Assembly: GCA_023457715.1 (NCBI GenBank)
Contig: JAEWKR010000119.1
Location: 29,531 to 93,530 of the forward strand
Direction of reading: 5' to 3'
Origin: Verrucomicrobiota bacterium
GTDB taxonomy: Bacteria; Verrucomicrobiota; Verrucomicrobiia; Opitutales; Opitutaceae
Length of the DNA stretch: 64,000 nucleotides
Shown: piece by piece, positions 49,346 to 58,800 of the stretch
How positions within the stretch are numbered: position 1 is the stretch's first letter
Layout: every line of letters starts with the position of its first letter
Notes under the pieces: model-generated
The model's database searches: none
Seen by the model: the letters and a program-made list of their open reading frames with translations, nothing else
Told to the model about the DNA's origin: nothing
Program-made: the position numbers and the translations under genes

Positions 49346-52300
49346 GGCTTTGCCTCGAACAGCCGGATCGCCGCGATCCGCAACGCCCGGCGGCGTCCGT
49401 CCGGGTCCGGGAGCACGACCTGGGCGTCCGTCGCGAGACGGAGCGTCGGGAGCCCTGCTCCCGCGGGGAGTTGGATCCGGAGGTGGGGCCGTTCGCCGGG
49501 CACGAGGGGCACGGTGCCCGTCGCTCCGGCGACGTTCCAGCGAAGGGACGCCGGCGTCGCGCCTCCCCACGTGGGGTACTCCAACTCGAGTTCCAGCTGC
49601 CGATCCCGGTCGGAGGAGGGAAGCGCCAGCGTCACCTCGCCCGCGGCCCAGCCATCGCGGTCGAGCCCGGTGGCCCCGAAAACCGGGTCCATTTGCAGCG
49701 GGAACGTGAACGCATGCTCCCCGGCCGGTTCCTCAATGCTGATGTGGTCGAGTTTGGCGACGATGGGACGCTGGTCGTGGCCCGGCAGCACCACCGCGGC
49801 GCTGGAGAGGAGCTCGACCGTCGTCGTGTCGCCCGCCTCGGGGATCGGCAGCAGCCAGTCAAACGGGCCCAGACGCAGATCCACCTCCGCGGCGTTCCGC
49901 CCGTTGATGCGGGCCGTCAGTCGGGCCGTCCCCGACGCGCCTCCGGCGACTTCGGGCACGTAGCCGCGCAGCCGCAGCATGGCGCCCGGACGGGCGTGAC
50001 CCAGCTTCAGCCGCGCATGCCGGGACATCCATCCGTCCTCGAAGATGCCGGCAAACTCGAGCGTCGACGCGCGCGCCAGGTCGGCCGGAAATCGCGTCAC
50101 CGCGCGCGGTCTCGTCATCGATTCGTACTCCGCCTCGCTCAATGCGGAAATGTCCCGCGCCCAGCCGACAATCCGGCGGTAATCCATGGGCACCTTCAGA
50201 TTGTAGAGCCGTTTGAGCCCCGGGCGGTAGTCCAGGATCTGTCGCGGCTCCTCCGCCAGATCGATCGCGACGTAGTGGCTTCCCTGGTACGACACCGGCT
50301 CGAGCGGACCGACAAAAAGGTTGAAGGCGCCTTCGCCGACCGCGCCGAGCGGCCGATCCTGCACCCCGTGCACCACCGCCTCCGGGCTCCACGACGTGCG
50401 GCCCGTGACGTACGACCGGGTGGCGGCAAAGCGCAGGTAGATTCGCGGAGCCGGGTTCTCCACCCGCAGCAGCATGAAGCGCCCGATGGCATTGAAGTGC
50501 GCCCCCGGGCTGGAGAGGTCGCGTTCCTGCTGGAAGGCGGAAATGCGCTGCCGATCCCCGAGGTAATAATGGTTCCCGCGGCTGGAATGCACGAACACGA
50601 CGTGGTTGCGCACGTCCTCCGGCTTCGCGATGGAGAAGACGCTTTGCCCGGGCGCGGGGGAGTCGGGGGCATGGAGCTTGTTGAACAGCGACAGCTGGGG
50701 GTCGAGCGTGAGGTACCCGTCGGGCGCTTGTTTGAGCACGGGCTGGCGGAAATGCGAGTGCCACAGCTCGCCCTTGCGGATCGTTTCACGATTGCGCTGT
50801 TCGATCAGGGGCACGGCCTGCGCCATGTTGTCCAGGTTGGGATTGAGCCGCAACGGCCACATGGGATGGGCGTAGTCGATGCGCGTCACGGGGTCCCAAA
50901 AATCCCGGGACAACAGCGCGAGATAATGCCCGCGCGTCTCCGTGGCCGCGAACTTCGCGGCCACCACATTCTCGAATGGGCCGATCAGCTGGAGCGACTG
51001 GCCGGCGGGGGCGTCGATCGCGATCCCCTGCCGGGAGGCGAGGCGAAGCTCCGTCATGCCGCCCGCCTCGAGCCCGCGCGATTCCAGGGTGTAGTACAAT
51101 CCGGTCGGGGCGGTGGTGACGAAGAACAGAACCAGGACCGCTGCCGGGAGGACCCGCGGACGGATCGGTGGCCGCTGGGCCCCGGCCTTCCCTTCCGGCC
51201 GGCGTTTCCGCCAGCGCTGCAGCCCAAGGACCAGGGCGGCCAGCAAGGCGCAGATCGCCGGCTGCATCCACATCGACATCTTGTAGACGCCGAAATCGTT
51301 CACCGAAACGAAGAGACGAACCGCCACGGCGAACTGGATCAGGAACAGGACCGTGATCGGCGTCAGGCGCCAGGCGTCGCGCACCGCTCGAACCAGCAGC
51401 ACCACCGTGAGCAAAATTCCCGCCGCGATGGAAAGCGAAACGACCGGTTCCGGGAAGTCATGGCCGAGCGGCATCCAGCCGTACAGGTTCGAAAATCCCG
51501 TGGGCACCATGAAGAACGGGAACAGCGAGAGCAGCAGATTGGCGCGGTCGAAGGCGCCGGCAGCCTGGAAAAAGAACACCACGACGTAGCTGACGAAATT
51601 GTGCCGCAGGATCAGCAGGGCGAAGACGATGGTGTAGGCCGCGACGGCCAGGAGCCCTCCCGGCAAGGCTCGATGGCGGAGGCTCCACAGCACCGTGTAG
51701 GTCAGGACCGTCAGGGCGGCGAAGGGCGAGACTTCGGGATAAAAAACGCACAGGGCCGCAGCATGCAGCGCCGTGAGCAGCCCGTAGCGGATCACAGACC
51801 GGCGCCGAAACGTGATCCATCCTTTGACCATCAGGGCGATGACGCTCAGGAGCAGCGCCACGCCGCCCACTTGGGCGATGAGCTGGTACAGCATGCCGAG
51901 CATAAACAGCGGGCTGAAAGCCAGCAGGAATGCCGTCAGTTGCGCCAGCCGGCGGTCGCGACCGCGATGCAGCGCGAGCCCGCAGGCGGCAAACAGCTGC
52001 ACGAGCCCCAGGGCCATGATCGCCGGCATGAATGCCTGGGTCGCCTTCAGTTTCGCGAGGCCCGCCGTCCACGCTACGGTGTGTTCCGCACCGAACCGCA
52101 TCATGTCCGCCACGTGCATGAAAAAGAAATGCGTGGCGTAGTCCCGGCCCCACAATTGATCCAGCGTGGGGACGTCGTAGAAACCGTTGTCGAGGAAGCG
52201 CTGCGCCGCCAGGCAGTAGTTCGCCATGTCATCGTTGCCGTAGCTGACCCAGTTGAAACCGAGTTCGACCGCCGGCCAGCCCGCCCAAACCAGCGCCGCC

Positions 52301-52596
52301 AGTGCCGCGACGAAAAACGGCGCGGTGGCGCGAACGGCCACCCGTGGGCGAAGGATCCCGAGAGTGATGACTGCCGCGACCGCCAGGCTGACCGTCAAAG
52401 GGAGGGCAAGGCTGCGAATCGGGATCCCGGCCTGATTAAGGATCATGATGCACAACGCCGAGGCACTCAGCCCCGTGGCGGGGGCGAGCAGACAGGCGCG
52501 CAGAACCCCGAGCCGCGGGAAGATCACGGCAATGATCGCCCGGCCAAGCACCGTCCAGTACGCGAAAAGCAGAAACGTATACGCCAGTAGCAACAT
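49342..52596 (-). CDS. Large multi-pass membrane protein with long C-terminal soluble region (GT-C-like)
   Basis: ~13 TMs; SYGNDDMANY acidic motif in an early loop; operon context. Confidence 0.68.
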   Translation of the reverse strand: MLLLAYTFLLFAYWTVLGRAIIAVIFPRLGVLRACLLAPATGLSASALCIMILNQAGIPIRSLALPLTVSLAVAAVITLGILRPRVAVRATAPFFVAALAALVWAGWPAVELGFNWVSYGNDDMANYCLAAQRFLDNGFYDVPTLDQLWGRDYATHFFFMHVADMMRFGAEHTVAWTAGLAKLKATQAFMPAIMALGLVQLFAACGLALHRGRDRRLAQLTAFLLAFSPLFMLGMLYQLIAQVGGVALLLSVIALMVKGWITFRRRSVIRYGLLTALHAAALCVFYPEVSPFAALTVLTYTVLWSLRHRALPGGLLAVAAYTIVFALLILRHNFVSYVVVFFFQAAGAFDRANLLLSLFPFFMVPTGFSNLYGWMPLGHDFPEPVVSLSIAAGILLTVVLLVRAVRDAWRLTPITVLFLIQFAVAVRLFVSVNDFGVYKMSMWMQPAICALLAALVLGLQRWRKRRPEGKAGAQRPPIRPRVLPAAVLVLFFVTTAPTGLYYTLESRGLEAGGMTELRLASRQGIAIDAPAGQSLQLIGPFENVVAAKFAATETRGHYLALLSRDFWDPVTRIDYAHPMWPLRLNPNLDNMAQAVPLIEQRNRETIRKGELWHSHFRQPVLKQAPDGYLTLDPQLSLFNKLHAPDSPAPGQSVFSIAKPEDVRNHVVFVHSSRGNHYYLGDRQRISAFQQERDLSSPGAHFNAIGRFMLLRVENPAPRIYLRFAATRSYVTGRTSWSPEAVVHGVQDRPLGAVGEGAFNLFVGPLEPVSYQGSHYVAIDLAEEPRQILDYRPGLKRLYNLKVPMDYRRIVGWARDISALSEAEYESMTRPRAVTRFPADLARASTLEFAGIFEDGWMSRHARLKLGHARPGAMLRLRGYVPEVAGGASGTARLTARINGRNAAEVDLRLGPFDWLLPIPEAGDTTTVELLSSAAVVLPGHDQRPIVAKLDHISIEEPAGEHAFTFPLQMDPVFGATGLDRDGWAAGEVTLALPSSDRDRQLELELEYPTWGGATPASLRWNVAGATGTVPLVPGERPHLRIQLPAGAGLPTLRLATDAQVVLPDPDGRRRALRIAAIRLFEAKP

Positions 52597-52672
52597 GAAC
52601 CCCGAATTCTCGGACGAAAGCGTGGGGCCCGACCAGCTTGTTTTTCCCTAACTCCTTTCGAGCCAGTCCGCT

Positions 52673-53722
52673 TCAGGCCCTGGTTTGCCCCCGGATCGCC
52701 GACACCAGTTCCCGCACGCTGGCACGGGCCGTCTCGGCCGGCGCCAAAGGCCGCGGTGCGGGCGCGCTCGACCGGAGCGCCTGCTCGATGGTCGCGGCAT
52801 CGGCGCCAGCGGGAACCGCCGCCAAGCCGAGTTCGTCCGCGACGCCGTGTAGTTTCTCGTTGGTGACATACACCAGCACGCGGGAGCCCGCCCACGCGCC
52901 GGCCATCGCCGCATGGAAGCGCGATGTCACCAGCCACTCTGAGCTGGGCCAGTGTGCCAGCACGTCACTCAGCGGAGCCTCGGGCCGGTCCGCCTCCCGC
53001 AGGTGCCATCGCTTCTGTTCCTCCGCCGGGAGTGAGCCATGCAGCGCTTTCTCGCCGCCTGGCAGCAGCCGGCTCTCCTGCGCCAGCCAGATGCGGTCGC
53101 GCGGAGCGAGCGCGGCAACCGCGCGCGTGACGGTGGATGCATCCCACTCCTCCCGGTGGTCGAAGTTCAGGACCACGGTCACCGCGCCGGGCTGCAGCGG
53201 TGCGGGTGACCACGCGGCCAGCAGCACCTGGGCAAGATCCGCCGCCGGTCGAACGCGCGCGGGTGGCACCAAGGCGGCGAGCCGCCGGGCCGAAGCCTGG
53301 TCACGAGTCCAGATCGCTGCCGCCTGGGCGCACACGACCTGGACCTCCGGCACCTGTAGTTCGCGCTCTTCCTGCACGCCCACGCCGAGGAAATACATCG
53401 GTTTGGCGGCACGCGCGCACCACGCCGACTCCTCCACCAGGTGATCGACGAACCAGCGCGACTGGGCCGACTGAAACGGAGAGCCACCGAGGCCCACCCA
53501 GGCGTCGCACGCCGCGATCGCCGCGGCGCGGGCCTCGGGCGTGCAAGCGAGCCATTCGATCTGGGGAAAGCGTCGCCGCATCGGCGCGAGCGGGAACGGG
53601 GAGGCGAGGGTAAAAGAAGCCTCCGGCGCCGTTGCGGCCATGGCGGCCAGGAATCCGCCCAGCATGAAATCGTCGCCGACATTGCCAGCGCCGTAGAAAT
53701 GATGTCCGAGGTGGATCCGCAC
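52673..53722 (-). CDS. Polysaccharide pyruvyl transferase family protein
   Basis: FYGAGNVGDD, GGS.FQ, GVGV, TRD..S, AADLA, TSRFHA. Confidence 0.8.
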   Translation of the reverse strand: MRIHLGHHFYGAGNVGDDFMLGGFLAAMAATAPEASFTLASPFPLAPMRRRFPQIEWLACTPEARAAAIAACDAWVGLGGSPFQSAQSRWFVDHLVEESAWCARAAKPMYFLGVGVQEERELQVPEVQVVCAQAAAIWTRDQASARRLAALVPPARVRPAADLAQVLLAAWSPAPLQPGAVTVVLNFDHREEWDASTVTRAVAALAPRDRIWLAQESRLLPGGEKALHGSLPAEEQKRWHLREADRPEAPLSDVLAHWPSSEWLVTSRFHAAMAGAWAGSRVLVYVTNEKLHGVADELGLAAVPAGADAATIEQALRSSAPAPRPLAPAETARASVRELVSAIRGQTRA

Positions 53723-53742
53723 GGCGCGGGGTGGCCCGAAGC

Positions 53743-55368
53743 TCAGAACGCGAGCACGGCCCGGACGTGACCCTGGCCCGAGCGGGTGTTTTTGTAGACC
53801 GCCGGCAGTTCCCGCAGCTGGACGCCGTAGTCAAAGTTCAGACTGAAGTTATTGGCGACGTTGGCCCGCAACCCCACGCCCACGCTGGCCAAGGTCGACA
53901 TCGGGACGTCGGACCGGAACGAATGGTTCATGTAGAGCCGGGCCGCATCGAAGAACACCGCGAAGCGCGTTTGCAGGGCGGGTAGCTTCGAGCTGACCTT
54001 TGCCAGGGGTACCGACACGGCGGGGGTCAAGAGATCGCTGCTGAAGATGAGCCCTTCGTCGCCCGCGTAGATATTGGTCGTGTAGCCTCGAACGGACGTC
54101 GCGCCGCCCGCCGTCAGCTGCTCGCCTACCAGGTTGGTGCTGGAGAGCTGCCCCACCAGACGCAGAGAAAGGTCCCAGCCCTGGCCGAGCGCCTGCAGCC
54201 GCTGCAGGGAGACATTGCTGAACACGTAGTGGGGTTTCGCCCCGAGCCGGGCGTTGCCGTAGGCCCTGGCATCATTCCGCTTGTTCAGGTAACCAGGGCT
54301 CGCGTTCGCCGCACCGGTGAATACCCAGGCGCCTCGCTTGTCACGACGGACCCAGGTGCCCCCGACCGTGAATTGAATGGTGTCGACGTCCGTGGCGTAC
54401 ACGGACGTGCCGGCGAATTCCAGGTTGTTGTTTCCCCGGCGCAAATCCATGCCGCCGAAGATTTCGATTGGACTATCCCCGCTGCGAATCGGCACCCGGT
54501 AACGCACTCCGGCGCCCTGACTCCGGCCTTGTTGTGCAAAGATGTTTCCCGTGCCGAACGTCGGATTCACCTTTGCGTACGAGGCGGTAAACTCCAAAAA
54601 ATGCCTCCATCGCAGGGGAATGCGATAGCTCATGGCGTGGGCTTGATAGAGGTCGATGTCATCCGTCGTGACGAATTGATAGGACGCCTGGTGGTCGCGG
54701 CCCCAAAGATTGCCCGCCTGCACCGCCATGGCGTAGTGCCATTCTCCGAGCACCGCGTTTCCATAGTTGTCCACGATTGCCGACAACCGCCACGGCCACC
54801 GTTCCTGCACCCCGACGAGAAGGTTCGCTTTCCCGGGCTGGTTATTGATCGGGTCCACCAAGACCTTGATCATTCTGAAAGGGTTCGTGTTGGCCCAGTT
54901 AACCGCGTCCTCCAGCACGGACAGTCGCACTTCGTCACCCGGTTTGATTCCCAGTCTTTCCTCCAGCAGTTCGCGGCTGAACCAGCGGTTTCCCCGAAAG
55001 GCGATGTCGCTGTAACGGCCAAACACGACCACAAGCCGGACCGTCCCGTCGGTGACGTTTTGGTTCGGGATCAGCACCCGCGTGATGAGCCGGTCGTGCT
55101 CGCGTGCGTACTTGGCGATGGCGTTCCCGACATCGTTCAGCAGTTCAGTGGTGATTGGGCGCCCGACCAAAGGGGCGATCACGGACGGAAAATCCGGCGC
55201 ATCGAGCAGCGGGAGATTGACCGGCCTCACGATCTCGAAGTCAGGCGGGGCCGCCAGCGCTGCCTCTTCAGTGTCCGCAAGCACCAGCCTTTGCAGCGCC
55301 AGGGGTGTTGGCTCCGCGGCGTTAAGCGCGAGAGTCAGGACGAGGAAAACCGCGATACGAAACAACAT
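53743..55368 (-). CDS. ShlB/FhaC/HecB-family two-partner secretion outer-membrane transporter (TpsB)
   Basis: Signal peptide, POTRA-like region (IPNQNVTDGTVRL), DNYG, GGATSVRGY motif, SVGVGLR, terminal Phe. Confidence 0.9.
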   Translation of the reverse strand: MLFRIAVFLVLTLALNAAEPTPLALQRLVLADTEEAALAAPPDFEIVRPVNLPLLDAPDFPSVIAPLVGRPITTELLNDVGNAIAKYAREHDRLITRVLIPNQNVTDGTVRLVVVFGRYSDIAFRGNRWFSRELLEERLGIKPGDEVRLSVLEDAVNWANTNPFRMIKVLVDPINNQPGKANLLVGVQERWPWRLSAIVDNYGNAVLGEWHYAMAVQAGNLWGRDHQASYQFVTTDDIDLYQAHAMSYRIPLRWRHFLEFTASYAKVNPTFGTGNIFAQQGRSQGAGVRYRVPIRSGDSPIEIFGGMDLRRGNNNLEFAGTSVYATDVDTIQFTVGGTWVRRDKRGAWVFTGAANASPGYLNKRNDARAYGNARLGAKPHYVFSNVSLQRLQALGQGWDLSLRLVGQLSSTNLVGEQLTAGGATSVRGYTTNIYAGDEGLIFSSDLLTPAVSVPLAKVSSKLPALQTRFAVFFDAARLYMNHSFRSDVPMSTLASVGVGLRANVANNFSLNFDYGVQLRELPAVYKNTRSGQGHVRAVLAF

Positions 55369-55610
55369 GAGAGAGGAGATGTGAAAAGGTTAGCGTGGGA
55401 CTGGGCGAGCCCGGAATTGTTCGACATTTATGTGGAGCTGGCCGAAGCGCGGAGTTTATCCGGTGATGCCTGCGACGCGGACAGTTGGGGAAAATTGCCC
55501 ACAGATCCTTGCCCGGTTTGGGGATGGTGCCCAAAGGCGCAAACGCCATCCGATGGCAGATAGGGTCTCCACCCCCCTGTTGCCCAGCGCGTTATGCGCG
55601 AACGCTGAGG

Positions 55611-55629
55611 TTGGCACGACGTGTGCCAA
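55611..55629. promoter_or_regulatory. 7-5-7 palindrome matching the sigma-54 -24/-12 spacing on both strands
   Basis: TTGGCAC-GACGT-GTGCCAA in the divergent tpsB/tpsA intergenic region. Confidence 0.45.
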
Positions 55630-55802
55630 GAAAACCGTTCCAGTTCTTCGGATCGTTGTTTCGGGCTCTTCCGTCGCGGCTTATCGGGTGCAAACCGATG
55701 ATGGGCTGCGTGTAAAAAGTGCTTGCCAATAGCGACCTCGGAGAGCTTCCTCGACCCTGAATTGGCGTATACCGTCTTGTTCAACAACACTCGTCTTAAC
55801 CC

Positions 55803-58800
55803 ATGAAGAATAAATCAATCGCGAGACTGTCGCTTCGGAAGCTCCTGCTTTCCGCTCTTGTGGCAGCTCCTCTGGCTACCCTCCCGGCGCCGCTCTGGGC
55901 GTTGCCTTCGCAGGCGGACCTGACGGCCTCGATCGCCTCCACGTCTGCTGGAGTCACGTTCGAGCTGAATTCGGCGGACAAGATCCTCAATGTCGCTAGC
56001 ACGCAGAACATTTCCGTCATTCGGTGGAATGAGTTCGGTAGCGGCGCGATGACGATCACCAACGGTGACGTGATCAACTTCAATCAGCCCACGGCGTCGT
56101 CCTCGCTGCTGAATCGCATCGTCGGAGCCAATCCCTCGACGATCGACGGCCGGCTGAATTCGAATGGTATCCTCTACGTGATGAACCCGAACGGCATCAC
56201 GGTCACCACGAACGGCGTGATCAACGCCGCCGCGGTGGGTTTGACGACGGTGGTTGAGAATGACCTCACTTTCGAAGGTACGGGCAGCCTCGTCTACCCG
56301 ACCTCGGCCACGCCGACGGGTGACATCACCCTCGCGGGTACCGCCAGCATCCAGGCGGCGTCCGGTTCGGGCAACGTTTGGATCGTTGGTCAGGACATCG
56401 CGCTCGCGGGCACGGTTTCCGGTGGCAACGTCCTCGTTCGTTCCCTGAACAACGGCAACGTGCTCCTCGGCGCCGGTGCGGCCCTGACCGTTGGCGCTTC
56501 GGCCAGCCCGGTTGCGAACCTCACGGTTACCACCGCTGGCACGGGCACGATCACCTTCGCGCAGACGAACAACGTTATCGTGAATGGCCCGTCCGTCTCT
56601 CTGACCACGGGCAACGCTGCGATCAACCAGGGTACCGGTTACCTGCAGATCGGCAACACCACGGGTACCCTCACCACCGCCTCGGGCACGGCTGATACCG
56701 TGATCTCGGACGTCCGCACCAAGGACACGGCGGGTACCATCACGGTGAACGCGACTGGCGCGAACCTGAGCATCGCCAGCTGGACCGGTGGCAGCAACCT
56801 CGCGGTCGGCGCGACGGCCACGGGCAACCTCGGCGTAGCCACGAACAATGGCAACATCACCCTCAACACCACGACCGTCGGTGGCATTCTGAATGTCATC
56901 AGCAACCGCAACATCCTCTCGGGTGGCACGGTTACGGTTACGGGTGCCGCCAATCTGACGGCTGCCACGGGCGCGAATGTCGCCTTCTCGGGCAAGGCCG
57001 CCACGATCGGCGTCCAGGGCACGGGTGCGACCGCTTTGGGCGATGTCGTCCTGAACATGACCGACGCGTTCGCGATCGGCCCGGTGAATGCGGGCAACCT
57101 CACGGTTTCCGCCACCAAGGACCTCACCCAGGCCCCCACCGGCACGCTGACCGTCACAAACAACACGAACCTGTCCTCCACGGGCGGCAACGTGACTCTC
57201 AGCCAGAACATCACCACGACCAATCTTACGGTGACGGCCTCGAACGACGTTTCGCACACCGGCGGCACCCTGTCGGTGGCCACGGACGCTCGCTTCACGG
57301 CTAACGGCGGCAATCTGACCCTCGGTGCGCTGAACACCGGCGGCCCGGACAATGTCTGGGGCACCGCTGCGAAGAAGGTCACCCTCGGCGGCGCGGTCGC
57401 CGTTTCCGGCAACGCCACCTTCAGCGCCGGCACCGATCTCGCGGTCAACGCGAATCTGGACGCCGCGAAGGTGAGCCTGACCGGCGGCAACGTCACCGAT
57501 GGCGCGGGTGCGATCATCACCACGCCTTCGCTGAGCGTCGTTGGCAGCAACTCGGTTGTGCTCGATAACGCGCACGCCCTCACCGACCTCCTGGTGACCG
57601 GCGCGGCGGGCAACATCACGGTGAACGACGCGGGCGGCTTGACCCTCGTGAAGGGCACGAACGTCGCCGGCAACCTGAGCATCACCTCGACCGGCGCGAT
57701 CGCGCTTGGCGTGCAGGCCACCGACACCATCACCGTCGGCAAGAAGCTGGCGCTGAACGGCGTTGGCGTCACCGATGCGACCGACAACATCACGGTTGGC
57801 AGTGAACTCGACATCACCTCGACGGGCGCGGTCGTGATCAATGGCGGCGCGGGCACCGTTCCGGCCGACCTGAAGAGCTCCTTCGGTACGGTTCATGTCA
57901 ATGCGGCCGGCCAGGCGATCACCGTTTATGAAGGTGGCCTGCTGACCCTCGGCAATATCACCGGCCTCTCGCTGACGGCTTACAGCCCGGCGGGTATCGT
58001 TAACAGCGGTGCGATCGCGGTCGGCAACGTCCTCGTTGGCGCGGGTACGGCGACGGCTCCGGCCGACATCGTGCTCAACAGCGCGACGAACGCCATCACC
58101 GGCACGATCAACATCATGACCGACCTGCAGCTCAACCCGGGTGCGACGGGCCACTACCTGGTCCGCGACTTCACCTTGGTGAACTCGAGCTCCGCTGGCG
58201 TCTTCTCGGTTGGCAATAACATCTACAACCAGGGTCTGACGGGCAACGTCAGCCTCTCGGCGGTGGGTGGCGCGAACCTGACGGTGGGCGAACTCGTGAC
58301 CACCGGTCCGGTTTGGCTCTCGAGCGCGACGGGCTTCATCGATGCCGACCATGCGAACAACACGTTCAGCACGGTCAACGTGACCTCCGGCAGCACCAGC
58401 GGCACGGCTAGCTCGATCGCCAGTTCACAGGCCCTGACCGTGAACGCCACCCTCGGCAACGCCTCGGTTGCTGGCGGCGGCGCGACGGGCGCGTTCAACT
58501 TCGCCACGGCCGGCACCAACCAGGACCTGACCATCGGCCAGTTCCGCAGCTATGGCACGGGCACGGTCGCGTTCAACGCCTCGGGCAACGTGGCTGATTC
58601 GGCCGCCGGTCTGCACATCTACGGCGGCACGTCCGTCACCGCTGACAACATCAGCCTGACGTCCGGCGGCAACTTCGGCCAGCTGACGCTGAACACCGTC
58701 GCGGGCAACGGTACCGTGACGATCGTCGAGAGCGGTACCTTGAACCTCCTGTCGGTCAAGACCGGCACGGGCGCCTTCTCGGCCACCAGCCAGACCGGCG

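Noticed and set aside
43425..52590. Very long plus-strand ORFs (910, 927 and 1091 aa; similar ones elsewhere)
   Set aside because: High-GC antisense shadows of well-supported minus-strand genes; no recognisable motifs.
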